In this document: positions 30,000 to 40,649 of the stretch, piece by piece | Layout of the letters: each line of letters starts with the position of its first letter | Numbering within the stretch: the stretch's first letter is position 1 | Assembly (NCBI GenBank): GCA_902586925.1 | Contig: CACIJE010000001.1 | Coordinates: 270,104 to 334,103 of the forward strand | Source: an uncultured SAR86 cluster bacterium | GTDB taxonomy: Bacteria; Pseudomonadota; Gammaproteobacteria; Magnimaribacterales; D2472 | DNA: 64,000 nucleotides | Direction of reading: 5' to 3' | The notes under the pieces: generated by a model | What the model was told of the DNA's origin: nothing | Seen by the model: only the letters and a program-made list of their open reading frames with translations | Database searches by the model: none | Position numbers and translations under genes: made by a program

Positions 30000-30638
30000 G
30001 TGAAAGATTATCAAAAATCATTTTTAAAATTAGCTTTAGATTCGCAATCGCTTCAATTCGGTGATTTTACTCTTAAATCAGGTCGTCAAAGCCCATATTT
30101 TTTCAATGCAGCAAATATGCTTAAGGGGTCGAGTTTGTATCAACTTGCACATTGTTATGTTGAAGCTATAACTGATCATAATATTGATTTTGATTGTATT
30201 TATGGTCCTGCATATAAAGGTATTTTTCTTGGTTCAATAGTAGCAACAGTTCTAAGTGAACTGGGGAAAAATTATCCAATTTGTTTTAATAGAAAAGAAG
30301 AGAAAGATCATGGTGAGGGTGGGAATATTATAGGTGCTAATCCACAAGGAAAAACATTAATAATAGATGATGTTTTATCTGCTGGGACAGCTTGCAGAGA
30401 ATCAATAAATTTGATCACTCAGCATAATTCAACACCTGCAAGCTTTATAGTCGGATTAGATAGGCAAGAAAAGGGTCAATCTGAAAAATCTGCAAGTAAA
30501 GAATTAGAGGATAAATTTAATCTGAGTGTTATCTCAATTATTAATCTTGATACTTTAATAACTTATGTTGAAGAGGAGTCTCAATTAAAAAGTTATCTTA
30601 GCGGACTAAATCAATATAGAGATACTTGGGGGGCCTGA
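30000..30638 (+). CDS. pyrE: Orotate phosphoribosyltransferase
   Basis: FTLKSGRQSPYFFN, GPAYKGI, FNRKEEKDHGEGG, IIDDVLSAGTA; GTG start. Confidence 0.97.
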   Translation: MKDYQKSFLKLALDSQSLQFGDFTLKSGRQSPYFFNAANMLKGSSLYQLAHCYVEAITDHNIDFDCIYGPAYKGIFLGSIVATVLSELGKNYPICFNRKEEKDHGEGGNIIGANPQGKTLIIDDVLSAGTACRESINLITQHNSTPASFIVGLDRQEKGQSEKSASKELEDKFNLSVISIINLDTLITYVEEESQLKSYLSGLNQYRDTWGA

Positions 30639-31250
30639 ATGTTTTCTGGAATTGTTCAAGGGGCTGGTAGAGTTCAAAAGATAACTTCAAAAAAGAACTA
30701 TATATCGATAGAGATTTCTGCTCCCAAAAATTTTAATAAAAAATTAAAAAAAGGTGCAAGTATTTCTGTAAATGGTGTTTGTTTAACTTCTTTAGACAGC
30801 GGTCAAAAAAAATTAAAATTTGACGTTATAAATGAAACACTATCAAAAACTAATATTGGCAAATTAAAAAAAGGTTCTCTGGTTAATTTAGAAAGATCGA
30901 TTACAGCATCTACCGAAATAGGTGGGCATTTGATGTCAGGACACATTCATTTTTCTGGAAGAGTTGAAAAAATTTTAACAAAGAATACAAACAAAGATCT
31001 GCAAATTAAATTCCCAAGAAAATATAAAGAGTATATTTTTGAAAAAGGTTATATCGGCTTAAATGGTTGTAGTTTAACTTTAGGAAAAGTAAACAAAGAT
31101 TCTTTTTATGTGCATCTTATACCTGAGACGCTTGCAGTAACTAATTTAGATGGTTTAAAAAAAGGCTCTCTTGTAAATATTGAGATTGATCAAAATACGA
31201 TTGCAATAGTTGAAACTGTGAAAAACTCTTTAGCTGCTCAAAAATCTTGA
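30639..31250 (+). CDS. ribC: Riboflavin synthase (alpha chain)
   Basis: MFSGIV, GASISVNGVCLT, VNLERS, GGHLMSGH, KGYIGLNGCSLT, VNIEID. Confidence 0.93.
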   Translation: MFSGIVQGAGRVQKITSKKNYISIEISAPKNFNKKLKKGASISVNGVCLTSLDSGQKKLKFDVINETLSKTNIGKLKKGSLVNLERSITASTEIGGHLMSGHIHFSGRVEKILTKNTNKDLQIKFPRKYKEYIFEKGYIGLNGCSLTLGKVNKDSFYVHLIPETLAVTNLDGLKKGSLVNIEIDQNTIAIVETVKNSLAAQKS

Positions 31251-32135
31251 TAAGACAGCCATTCTAATTGCAACACCGTTTGCAACCTGTTGCCTGATAA
31301 CTGAATTATCACAATCATACACAGCTTCTGTTATTTCAATGTAATTTACAGGCCCAGGATGCATTATAATGGCATCACCTTTCGCTGATTCTAGTTTTTC
31401 AGAAGTAAGTTGATACTCAGATTTATATGTATCTAAATCAAGATTTAATTCTTTTTCATATCTTTCAAATTGTATTCTCAACGCCATTACAACATCAGCA
31501 TTTGCAAGGGCTTTTTCTAAATTTGATTCATATTTGCCAAATCTTGAACTTTGATATTTATTACACATTTCTGGATGACCAGAAAATGTAAGAGATCCTA
31601 AATCAAAATTTGAAACACCTTCAACAAAAGAGGAAGTTACTCTTGAGTGGTCAAGATCACCCACAATGACAATATTTAATCCATCTAGTGTCTTTTTATG
31701 ATCAATTATTGTTTTGATATCCAATAAAGCTTGTGTTGGATGGGAGATTGCTCCTTCGCCCGCATTGATAAAGCTCATCTTTGGCAGACAGTCTGCCAAT
31801 TCTCTTATTACTGAATCAGTGTGTCTAAATACACATAAATCGACACCCATTAAATTTAGTGCATCAATAGTTTCAAAAATTGATTCTCCTTTTTGTATTG
31901 AAGAGTTTTCAACGTCAAAATCTATCAAAGAGCATCCTAAATTTTTTGCAGCAATGGCAAATGATGATTTTGTCCTGGTGCTTGGTTCAAAGAAAACATT
32001 TGCAACAACTTTCTCAGGAAATAGATCCTCTTTTCTGAAGTTTCCCTCTTCATCAATAAAATTATTAGAAAACTCAATTAATTCTATGATTTCTTTCTTA
32101 GACAGGTCATTTATTGATATAAGATTTTTAGCCAT
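31230..32135 (-). CDS. pyrB: Aspartate carbamoyltransferase catalytic subunit
   Basis: FFEPSTRTKSSF, INAGEG, HPTQALLD, GDLDHSRV, MHPGP, NGVAIRMAVL. Confidence 0.95.
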   Translation of the reverse strand: MAKNLISINDLSKKEIIELIEFSNNFIDEEGNFRKEDLFPEKVVANVFFEPSTRTKSSFAIAAKNLGCSLIDFDVENSSIQKGESIFETIDALNLMGVDLCVFRHTDSVIRELADCLPKMSFINAGEGAISHPTQALLDIKTIIDHKKTLDGLNIVIVGDLDHSRVTSSFVEGVSNFDLGSLTFSGHPEMCNKYQSSRFGKYESNLEKALANADVVMALRIQFERYEKELNLDLDTYKSEYQLTSEKLESAKGDAIIMHPGPVNYIEITEAVYDCDNSVIRQQVANGVAIRMAVLSRFLSS

Positions 32136-32514
32136 TTATCAGCACTATTGCCTCGATTTCAACATTAACACCGAGAGGTAAAGCAGAGACTTCAACAGTT
32201 GCTCTAGCAGGATAAGGTTCGGAAAAGTACTCTTTCATTACATCGTTAACAATGCCAAAATTTGAAAGGTCAGTTAAAAAAATAGAAATCTTTACTATAT
32301 CATCAAGACTATACCCTGCTGCTTCGCAAATACTTTGAACGTTATTTAAAACTTGTTTAGCTTGCTCTTCAATTGAATCTGATACCAAATCTCCAGTTTT
32401 TGGATTGAGAGGTATCTGTCCAGAAATAAACATTAAGTTACCCGCCTTAACTGCTTGAGAATATGGACCAATTGCTTGTGGTGCATTTTCGGTTGAGATT
32501 ATTTCTTTTGTCAT
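32128..32514 (-). CDS. ridA: RidA family reactive intermediate (enamine/imine) deaminase
   Basis: APQAIGPYSQAV, SGQIPL, PARATVEV, LPLGVNVEIEAI. GAGGAG SD 9 nt before ATG 32514; an in-frame upstream ATG at 32598 would add a signal-peptide-like extension. Confidence 0.92.
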   Translation of the reverse strand: MTKEIISTENAPQAIGPYSQAVKAGNLMFISGQIPLNPKTGDLVSDSIEEQAKQVLNNVQSICEAAGYSLDDIVKISIFLTDLSNFGIVNDVMKEYFSEPYPARATVEVSALPLGVNVEIEAIVLING

Positions 32515-32584
32515 CTGATTAGGCTCCTCTGAAAAAATTAAAGTAGATATTAATGAAATTGTACATAAAAAAAATAATCTTATT

Positions 32585-34771
32585 TTAATATTTATCATTT
32601 ATGTTTCTTTTACAGCTAGTTGTAAACTTCATTGATCTTACTTTTTGCATGATACCTTTAAGATCATCGACATTTTTTACTTCGATTTGAATTTCAAAAC
32701 CTGCAAACCTTTTATCAATGGTTTTAGTATTTACTGAACCAATATTGATTCCAGACTTTGCAAATACCGAACCTAAATCAGAAAGAACACCAACTTTATC
32801 TTGTGTGCTTACATCTATTTTAGCTTTGTAAAGATGTTCTTTTTTGTTTTCTCCCCATATTGCAGGCATATATCTTGAATCTTTGTTAAAAAAAGGCTTA
32901 ACTTGTTTGCAATTTTTATGATGAACTATTATTCCTTTTTCAGTATCTGAGTGAGCAACTACATCATCTCCGTAGACTGGAAAACAACATTTTGCAAATC
33001 TAACTGTGACACTCTCTATTTTATTATCAAGAATTAAAACTGGATTTGGCTCTTTAATACCCTCTCTAATTTGCAAACCAGAATAAAATCGTTCAGCAAT
33101 GATGCTTCCCGTTCTTTTACCAAGACCAAGTTCAGTTAAGAGTTTGTTTAAAGAAGTTACACCTATACTATCCAATATTTTTTTTAGAGAACTTCCTCTA
33201 TATTCGCTTAAACTCTTTCCTGCTCTTTTTAATTCGGTTTCAAGCATTACTTTTCCAGCTTTTCTGGCATCTGATGTTTTCTGCTTTCGCAATCTTGATC
33301 TGATATAACTTCTTGCCTTACTTGTTACAACATAGTTGAGCCAAGAAGGATCAATATAGGATTCTTTTTTTGATGTAATAATTTCCACAGTTTGTCCTGT
33401 TTCTAATTCAATATTTAAAGGGACTTCACTTCTGTTTACCTTGCATCCAATAATTGTATTTCCAAGATCAGAATGAACTTCATAGGCAAAGTCTATTGGA
33501 GTCGAACCTTTTCTTAGGGCATATATGTCTCCTTTTGGTGAGAAAAGAAAAACTTCGCTAGAATTAAGGTCACTCTTTATAGATTGTGCAAACTCAGATG
33601 GGTCATTTGATTTTTTTTGAAGTTCTGCAAGACCTGATAACCATCTTGAGGCTCTTAATTCTGAACCTCGTTTTTTATCCTTAGTTTTATATTGCCAATG
33701 CGCTGCTATTCCAAAGCTTGCAATTTCAGCCATATTTCTAGTTTGTATTTGAACTTCTATTGGAAATGCATTTAATGCAAGCAAGCTTGTATGAAGAGCT
33801 TGATAACCATTACTTTTTGGTATGGCAATATAATCTTTAAATCTGTTTTCTATAGGTGAAAAATAATTATGAATTATTCCAAGTGATCTATAGCAATCAT
33901 CGATAGAATTAACAAGTATTCTGAATCCATAAACATCTAAAATTTCAGAAAATGGCTTATGCTTTGATTTAATTTTTCTGTAGATACTGTAAATATTTTT
34001 TTCTCTTCCTTTAACTCCAACATCTTCAATTCCATTAGCTTTTAGTTTACGTTTAAGCTCTTTTCTAACTTTTGAAACTATTTTTTGTCTTCCACCGCTT
34101 GATTTATTAATTGCACTTTCAAGCATTGATGCTCTTAGTGGATGAATGCATCTAAATGCAAGATCTTCAAGTTCAGCTCTTATATTTTGCATACCAATTC
34201 TTAAAGCTAGTGGTCCATATAACTCAATAGTTTCCTTTGATTTTTTTATTTGCTTGAATCTTGGTAAATGATCAATCGTTCTCATATTATGAAGTCGATC
34301 ACAAATTTTTACTAAAATAACTCTTGGGTCTTTAGACATCGCTAACATCATTTTTTGTAAGTTATTAGCATCTGCATCTGTCCTACTTTTGATATCAATC
34401 TTACCTAATTTACTTACGCCATCGACAATGTTTGCTACATCATTTCCAAATAATTCAATAAGGTCATTTTTATTAATATCGCTGTCTTCTAAAACGTCAT
34501 GCAATAAAGATGAGCATATAGAATCTGGATCCATCTTCAATTCTAAAAGTACTTCAGTTACCGCCAATGGATGAGAAATATATTTAGACCCATCCATTCT
34601 GTCTTGACCATCATGAGCATAAAAAGCAACTGAATATGCTTTTTGAATTTTTTTAATATCTTGTTTTGTTAAGTATTGCTTTGCAGACTTGTAAAAGCTC
34701 GTTGGTAGTTTTAATAAATCTGAATTATTGAAATTTTTAGAGAGTATATTTGGGAGCGCATGTTCACTCAA
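32585..34771 (-). CDS. spoT: Bifunctional (p)ppGpp synthetase/hydrolase
   Basis: HD domain LLHDVLED, DRLHNMRT, DYIAIPKSNGYQALHT, TGS (DFAYEVHS) and ACT domains; follows rpoZ. Confidence 0.97.
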   Translation of the reverse strand: MSEHALPNILSKNFNNSDLLKLPTSFYKSAKQYLTKQDIKKIQKAYSVAFYAHDGQDRMDGSKYISHPLAVTEVLLELKMDPDSICSSLLHDVLEDSDINKNDLIELFGNDVANIVDGVSKLGKIDIKSRTDADANNLQKMMLAMSKDPRVILVKICDRLHNMRTIDHLPRFKQIKKSKETIELYGPLALRIGMQNIRAELEDLAFRCIHPLRASMLESAINKSSGGRQKIVSKVRKELKRKLKANGIEDVGVKGREKNIYSIYRKIKSKHKPFSEILDVYGFRILVNSIDDCYRSLGIIHNYFSPIENRFKDYIAIPKSNGYQALHTSLLALNAFPIEVQIQTRNMAEIASFGIAAHWQYKTKDKKRGSELRASRWLSGLAELQKKSNDPSEFAQSIKSDLNSSEVFLFSPKGDIYALRKGSTPIDFAYEVHSDLGNTIIGCKVNRSEVPLNIELETGQTVEIITSKKESYIDPSWLNYVVTSKARSYIRSRLRKQKTSDARKAGKVMLETELKRAGKSLSEYRGSSLKKILDSIGVTSLNKLLTELGLGKRTGSIIAERFYSGLQIREGIKEPNPVLILDNKIESVTVRFAKCCFPVYGDDVVAHSDTEKGIIVHHKNCKQVKPFFNKDSRYMPAIWGENKKEHLYKAKIDVSTQDKVGVLSDLGSVFAKSGINIGSVNTKTIDKRFAGFEIQIEVKNVDDLKGIMQKVRSMKFTTSCKRNINDKY

Positions 34772-34791
34772 AATAACCCCCTATAAACATC

Positions 34792-35061
34792 CTATCCTAT
34801 TTTCTCGTCTTCTTTATAACTTGATGATGAAAATTCATCCAATAAGACATCCTCTTCAAGAGTCTGCTCTAGAGTCTCACTATCAAGAAGTCCTTCTTCA
34901 ATTTCTCTTAAAGCTACGAGGGTAGGTTTATCATTATCCCATTCAACTAGAGGATCGCGACTTGTTGTTGATAGCTGTCTAGCTCTTTTTGAAGCCATGA
35001 GTATTAAATCAAATCTGCTAGGGATTTTTTCTAAACAATCTTCTACTGTTATTCTTGCCAT
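34792..35061 (-). CDS. rpoZ: RNA polymerase omega subunit
   Basis: [39 protein letters not shown]. Confidence 0.97.
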   Translation of the reverse strand: MARITVEDCLEKIPSRFDLILMASKRARQLSTTSRDPLVEWDNDKPTLVALREIEEGLLDSETLEQTLEEDVLLDEFSSSSYKEDEKIG

Positions 35062-35101
35062 TTTATTCTCCTGGGCGAGTATTCTAATTCTAATTACCCT
35101 A

Positions 35102-35719
35102 TTAATTCAACAAATCTTCTAATATATTTTTATTATTGGTCACATTATATTCATAGTCTTTGTCAAATATAATAGAGGTTATTTGATTATAAGCCATATT
35201 AAAATCATCGTTTAAAACTAAATAATCAAAATTTTCAGCCTGTTCTAGTTCTTTTCTAGCATTTTCCAGTCTTTTATCAATGGCATCATTAGAATCAAGA
35301 CCTCTCAATACCAATCTTTTTTTTAGTTCGTCTAGAGATGGTGGAATAATAAAAATAGATATTATGTCTTTTATAATAGCTTTTTGTATTTGAGTAAATC
35401 CTTGAACGTCAATATCTAAAATTACATTAATCCCATCCTTTAACTTTTCATCGACAAATGATTTTATAGTTCCATATTGATGACCATGAACATCTGCAAA
35501 TTCTAAGAAAGCTTGATTACTTTTAAGCTCATTAAACTCTTTTTCATTTATAAAAAAATAGTCTTCGCCATGGGTTTCTCCTTCACGAGGAAGCCTTGTA
35601 GTTGCTGAAACTGAAAGTTCTAAGTTATTTTCGCTATCTTTAATTATTTTTTTTATCAGGGATGACTTACCAGCACCAGAAGGAGCAGCAAATATAATTA
35701 ATTTTCCACTATTCGACAT
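35102..35719 (-). CDS. gmk: Guanylate kinase
   Basis: [45 protein letters not shown]. Confidence 0.97.
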   Translation of the reverse strand: MSNSGKLIIFAAPSGAGKSSLIKKIIKDSENNLELSVSATTRLPREGETHGEDYFFINEKEFNELKSNQAFLEFADVHGHQYGTIKSFVDEKLKDGINVILDIDVQGFTQIQKAIIKDIISIFIIPPSLDELKKRLVLRGLDSNDAIDKRLENARKELEQAENFDYLVLNDDFNMAYNQITSIIFDKDYEYNVTNNKNILEDLLN

Positions 35720-36557
35720 TTTGAATTTGTTCTCGCATTTCTTCAGCTAATAATTTCATATCAAGTGCAAAATTTTTAGAAATTGGATCATCAAGCTTAA
35801 CGGACAAAGTATTTGCCTCTCTAAAAAGCTCTTGTAATACAAAATCAATCTTTTTTCCACTTCCAATTTTTTTGTTGATTTCATCTTTTAGCGATTTGCT
35901 ATGAAAAGAAATTCTATCTAGCTCTTCTGAAGCATCATGTTTGAGTGCCAATAAAGCAATTTCTTGTTCTAATCGAGCCTCATCTAAATCACTTACAAGA
36001 CTGGCCACTTTTTCTTTATATAGCCTAAGGCGTCTATGTATATCTTTTTTACTTTGTTTGAGTATTTTAGACACCAAATAGTCAATTCCTTGAATCTTTT
36101 TATCAATAACTTTTTTAATTTTCATGCCTTCTTTATTTCTAGAATCGGTGAAATCTTTTAAAGCCTTATTAAACTCTCTCTTAAGAAATGTATTATTTAT
36201 ACTTTTTTTTGACTCAATATTTAAGATTCCAGGTATGTCTTTAATATCAGAAAATTTTAAATGTTCTTCAATGCCTAAATTATCCTTTATGGATTTTTTT
36301 AAATTTTTTAATAGTTTGGTATCAACGAAGTATTTGGACTCTGACGGAGATTTAAATTTTATTTTTATATCAACTTTACCTCGAATAATATTTTTACCCA
36401 CAATGTTTCTTATGTATTGGTCAATATCATTGCTGATCTCGTTTGATTTCAAGGATATTTCAAGAAATCTATGATTGACTCCTTTAATTTCAACAGATAC
36501 TTCAGAGCTACCTTGAATTGAACTCGATAAACCATATCCGGTCATGCTTTTAATCAT
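35709..36557 (-). CDS. yicC: YicC/YloC family endoribonuclease
   Basis: [49 protein letters not shown]. Confidence 0.92.
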   Translation of the reverse strand: MIKSMTGYGLSSSIQGSSEVSVEIKGVNHRFLEISLKSNEISNDIDQYIRNIVGKNIIRGKVDIKIKFKSPSESKYFVDTKLLKNLKKSIKDNLGIEEHLKFSDIKDIPGILNIESKKSINNTFLKREFNKALKDFTDSRNKEGMKIKKVIDKKIQGIDYLVSKILKQSKKDIHRRLRLYKEKVASLVSDLDEARLEQEIALLALKHDASEELDRISFHSKSLKDEINKKIGSGKKIDFVLQELFREANTLSVKLDDPISKNFALDMKLLAEEMREQIQNVE

Positions 36558-36589
36558 ATATTAATTGTATTTTGCAATAAGCTTTAGTT

Positions 36590-37285
36590 CTAGTTATATA
36601 TGTCAAAAACAAAACCCAATTTCTTTAATTTTTGGTTCGAAATATCTCCATAAGACTCTGAATCCTCTGAACAATTAAATATTTCATGAGAGTTAAATTT
36701 ATTATCATTTTCAATAAAAAATTTTATAATCTTTGCTGCATTATCTCTATGCAAATAGTTGCTAGATTTTGGCTTAGATTTATATAAGCCAGATAATCTT
36801 AAAATTATTAATCTTTCAGCATATCTTTTAATTTGGTTATTTTCGTATTCAGTAATTATTTGTCCTTTGAATTCAAGAGAGCTGAGCTTAGAATCTTCTT
36901 CTTTTAACTTAGGTGACTCAATGTGAGAGTTACGATCTTTTATTTTGCCATACACACTTGTTGAAGAAATAGTGATAAATTTTTTATAAGATATATCTTC
37001 TGAAAGTTCTAAAAAGTTAAAAAGATTTTCAGATGAATTAAGGAATCCATTTTGATACCCCAATAAATCATTATTACTTGGTTTGGGTATAAAAATAATG
37101 CTTTCGAAATTTTTACATTCAAGTTTTATTGGTTTTTTTGTTAGCCAATCCCATTCAATAAAATTTTCTAATTCTTTCTTTTTTCTTCTTGAGATTCCAT
37201 ATATTTCGTAACTGTCTTTACATAATATTGAGTTAAGTCTTTTCGCAATATCACCATATCCAATAATTAAAATATTTTTTTTCAT
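36590..37285 (-). CDS. NAD(P)-binding Rossmann protein (YeeZ-like atypical SDR)
   Basis: ILIIGYGDIA, ISSTSVYG, ILRLSGLY, ISNQKLKKLGF. Confidence 0.7.
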   Translation of the reverse strand: MKKNILIIGYGDIAKRLNSILCKDSYEIYGISRRKKKELENFIEWDWLTKKPIKLECKNFESIIFIPKPSNNDLLGYQNGFLNSSENLFNFLELSEDISYKKFITISSTSVYGKIKDRNSHIESPKLKEEDSKLSSLEFKGQIITEYENNQIKRYAERLIILRLSGLYKSKPKSSNYLHRDNAAKIIKFFIENDNKFNSHEIFNCSEDSESYGDISNQKLKKLGFVFDIYN

Positions 37286-37296
37286 TTAAGTTAAGT

Positions 37297-37328
37297 AAAA
37301 AAAAATCCAGGACAATAACCCTGGATTT
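37297..37328 (-). terminator. Rho-independent terminator after hppA
   Basis: Perfect stem AAATCCAGG/CCTGGATTT with an 8-nt loop, followed on the minus strand by a T run. Confidence 0.8.
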
Positions 37329-37343
37329 CCAAATTAAATGTAT

Positions 37344-39326
37344 TTAAATGCTTAATAATGGTGCTATAACAAGGCTTACTATAGCCATAACATTAATTAA
37401 GATATTCATAGATGGTCCTGAAGTATCTTTAAAAGGATCTCCAACGGTATCTCCAACCACAGCGGCAGCATGAGTATCTGAACCCTTACCACCTAAATTG
37501 CCTTTCTCAACATATTTTTTTGCATTATCCCAAGCACCACCAGCGTTTGCCATCATTAGTGCTAATGAAACACAACCAAGTAGTCCACCAGCAAGCATTC
37601 CACCTAATGCTTGTGCACCAAGCCCAAACCCAACAATAGCAGGCATTGATACCGCTATTACTCCTGGTAACATCATCTTTTTAAGGGCTGCTGTTGTGGC
37701 TATTTCAACACATTTTTCAGAATCAGGTTCTGCTACACCCTCCATTAAACCGTCTATCTCTTTAAACTGTCTTCTTATTTCGTTAATCATTTCAAAAGCT
37801 GCGTCTCCAACTGCTGTCATTGTTATTGAAGAAACTAAGAAAGGTATACAAACGCCGATAAACATTCCAACCAAAACAATTGGTTCAGTAAGTGCTAATG
37901 AAAATTCAGGATTTGCATCAGCTACAACAGCTGAAAAAGCTGAAATTATTGCAAGAGCAGCTAAAGCTGCGGCGCCAATTGCAAAACCTTTACCAATCGC
38001 AGCAGTTGTATTTCCTAATTCATCAAGAGAATCAGTAATTTCTCTAACTTCTTCTCCCATACCTGACATTTCAGCAATGCCACCAGCATTATCTGCAACT
38101 GGTCCATATGCATCTATTGCCATTGTTATTCCAACAGTTGCTAGCATACCAACAGCCGCAATTCCAACACCATAAATACCCGATAATTGTGTTGAGGCAA
38201 GAATAATTCCAGCTAAAATTACAATTGGTATTACAACTGATTGCATACCAACTGATAATCCTGAAATCATGACTGTTGCTGATCCAGTTTCTCCTGATTC
38301 AGCTATTTTTTTTACTGGGCTACCGCCTGTATAGTATTCTGTAATAAGTCCAATTAAGACACCGCCTACTGCACCGCATATAACACACCACCAAACATTC
38401 ATTCCAACTCCATCTAAAGAATCAATTATGAAGTATGCCATTGCTACAAATATCACTGGCGCTAGAAAAGTTCCAGATCTCAATGCACTTGCAGGTGCTT
38501 TTGCTGACTGAAGCTTAACTATGAATATTCCAATTATTGACGCTATTAAACCAGTTGAAGCTAGAGCAAGAGGTAGCATCATCATATCTTTGTTTCCTAA
38601 TGTATAAGCTATAGCTATTGAGGCAATCATAGAACCACAATATGACTCAAATATATCTGAACCCATGCCGGCAACATCACCAACATTATCACCAACATTG
38701 TCTGCTATAACACCAGGATTTCTTGGATCATCTTCAGGAATGCCAGCTTCAATTTTACCAACAAGATCGGCTCCAACATCTGCACTTTTTGTAAAAATTC
38801 CTCCACCTACTCTAGAAAAAAGAGCGACCACTGATGCACCCATAGCAAAACCTTCAAGCTTATGAGGATCAATTTCAGCTGGTATATAAAAATAATATAA
38901 GCCTCCTAAACCTATCAAACCTAATGATGCTACACAAAGACCCATAATCGATCCTCCATAAAAAGATACCGATAAAGCTGCTGCTGGACCATCTTTTTGA
39001 GCTGCTGTTGCTGTTCTTACATTTGCTTTAGTTGCTGCATACATTCCTATAAAACCTGCAATTGATGAACATAAAGCACCGACAACCACTGCAATTGCAG
39101 TGAAAGGCCCTAATGCAAACCAAGCCAAACCAACTATCGCAGTCATAAAAATAAACAAATATTTGTACTCTGTTTTCATAAAGGTCAATGCTCCAGTATG
39201 AATCTGGTCACCAATTTTTTTTACTTTATCTTCACCATCAGGGTATTTCATAACAAGCATATAAACTACATATGCTACAGCCATACCCAAAAGACCTAAA
39301 GTAGGTGAAATTATTAAACTATCCAT
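37344..39326 (-). CDS. hppA: Membrane pyrophosphatase, K+-dependent, probably Na+-translocating
   Basis: [66 protein letters not shown] (K+-dependent signature), [19 protein letters not shown]. Confidence 0.96.
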   Translation of the reverse strand: MDSLIISPTLGLLGMAVAYVVYMLVMKYPDGEDKVKKIGDQIHTGALTFMKTEYKYLFIFMTAIVGLAWFALGPFTAIAVVVGALCSSIAGFIGMYAATKANVRTATAAQKDGPAAALSVSFYGGSIMGLCVASLGLIGLGGLYYFYIPAEIDPHKLEGFAMGASVVALFSRVGGGIFTKSADVGADLVGKIEAGIPEDDPRNPGVIADNVGDNVGDVAGMGSDIFESYCGSMIASIAIAYTLGNKDMMMLPLALASTGLIASIIGIFIVKLQSAKAPASALRSGTFLAPVIFVAMAYFIIDSLDGVGMNVWWCVICGAVGGVLIGLITEYYTGGSPVKKIAESGETGSATVMISGLSVGMQSVVIPIVILAGIILASTQLSGIYGVGIAAVGMLATVGITMAIDAYGPVADNAGGIAEMSGMGEEVREITDSLDELGNTTAAIGKGFAIGAAALAALAIISAFSAVVADANPEFSLALTEPIVLVGMFIGVCIPFLVSSITMTAVGDAAFEMINEIRRQFKEIDGLMEGVAEPDSEKCVEIATTAALKKMMLPGVIAVSMPAIVGFGLGAQALGGMLAGGLLGCVSLALMMANAGGAWDNAKKYVEKGNLGGKGSDTHAAAVVGDTVGDPFKDTSGPSMNILINVMAIVSLVIAPLLSI

Positions 39327-39353
39327 ATAGAGACCCCTTATTTTTAATAAAGC

Positions 39354-39362
39354 ATTCTAGCA
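39354..39362 (-). promoter_or_regulatory. Putative extended -10 promoter of hppA
   Basis: Minus strand reads TGcTAGAAT about 27 nt upstream of the ATG, with an AAGGGG SD-like sequence in between. Confidence 0.5.
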
Positions 39363-39392
39363 AATTATTTATAGGAAAACGTATATTTTAAT

Positions 39393-40649
39393 TTATTTAT
39401 TAAATACTTCTTTATCCAAAAGATTTTCAGAATTTGCAACAATACAGGCAACTGCTGAATCCCCAGTAACATTAACTGAAGTTCTAATCATGTCTAAAAT
39501 TCTGTCCACAGCTAAAATCAAACCAATAGCATCTAAAGGAAGCCCTAATGAACTTAAAATTAATGCTAAAGTAATTGTTCCTGCAGACGGAACTGCAGCT
39601 GCACCAATAGAAGCAACCATTGCGAGCATTACAATTTGCAAATATTCGACCATAGACAAATCCACTCCCGCTGTACTTGCAATAAACATCGTTGCCAATC
39701 CCTGCATAATGGCAGTTCCATCCATATTGATGGTTGCTCCAACTGGAATCACAAAAGAGGATACATCTTTTTTTACTCCGAGATCATCAGTAACTGTTTT
39801 TAATGTGACCGGAATAGTTGCAGCACTTGATGAGGTTGAAAATGCGAATAAAGCAACATTTCTCATTTTTTTAAAAAATATAATTGGGTTCAGGTTTGCA
39901 AATATTTTTAAAATTATTGAATAAGTAAAAATAAGATGAAAAAACAAAACAAACATTAATATAAGAACATATTGAATTAAATCTCCGAAAATATTTAAAC
40001 CTTGAGCCATCACATAACTTCCCATTAAACAAAAAACTCCAATAGGTGCGAAACTCATAATAATTAAGACTATTTTCATAAAAACGATATTTAGTCTTTC
40101 AAAATTTTTAGAAAGTTTATCTGTCAGATCATCAGTTAGATTAAGCGCAATACCAAATAATATACTTATAAATACTATGCCAAGCATATTATTTTCAACA
40201 AAAGCACCGAAAATATTACTCGGAAAAATTTTTAATACAGTATCATAAAGGCTAGCCTCTCCTGAAGGTGCTATAAAAGACCCAACCTCTCCCTCATAGC
40301 CAGAGATATTAAAAAGCCATCCAAAAAATATAGCAATTATTACAGCAAATGCAGTTGTCATTAAATAAAGTGCGACTGTTTTAGATGCTATTGAACCTAG
40401 CTTAACCATATTTGATAATGAAGAAATACCAGAAACCAAAGAAAAGAAAACAAGAGGAACAACAATCAATAAAAGTAGATTTTTAAATATCTGTCCGCCT
40501 AAGTTAAAAATATATTTTTCAATGACTTGAATAAATGATATAGAAAATGAATTTTCAAAATAAAAAAATACAGAAGCTAACAAAACACCAAAAAACATCC
40601 CTAACAAAACATTTCTAGTAAGATTCTTTGGTGGGTCTAATGGACTCAT
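39393..40649 (-). CDS. Dicarboxylate/amino acid:cation symporter (DAACS, GltP/DctA family)
   Basis: AFSTSSSAATIP, GATINMDGTA, GAAAVPSAG, AVDRILDMIRTSVNVTGD. Confidence 0.93.
   Translation of the reverse strand: MSPLDPPKNLTRNVLLGMFFGVLLASVFFYFENSFSISFIQVIEKYIFNLGGQIFKNLLLLIVVPLVFFSLVSGISSLSNMVKLGSIASKTVALYLMTTAFAVIIAIFFGWLFNISGYEGEVGSFIAPSGEASLYDTVLKIFPSNIFGAFVENNMLGIVFISILFGIALNLTDDLTDKLSKNFERLNIVFMKIVLIIMSFAPIGVFCLMGSYVMAQGLNIFGDLIQYVLILMFVLFFHLIFTYSIILKIFANLNPIIFFKKMRNVALFAFSTSSSAATIPVTLKTVTDDLGVKKDVSSFVIPVGATINMDGTAIMQGLATMFIASTAGVDLSMVEYLQIVMLAMVASIGAAAVPSAGTITLALILSSLGLPLDAIGLILAVDRILDMIRTSVNVTGDSAVACIVANSENLLDKEVFNK

Noticed and set aside
37498-38175. 225-aa plus-strand ORF antisense to hppA, plus similar antisense ORFs (9824-10222, 31714-32181, 39490-39924, 50652-51020 and others)
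   Set aside because: These are shadow ORFs opposite well-conserved genes, with Ser/Pro/Ile-rich compositions expected from reverse-complemented codons and no family motifs.
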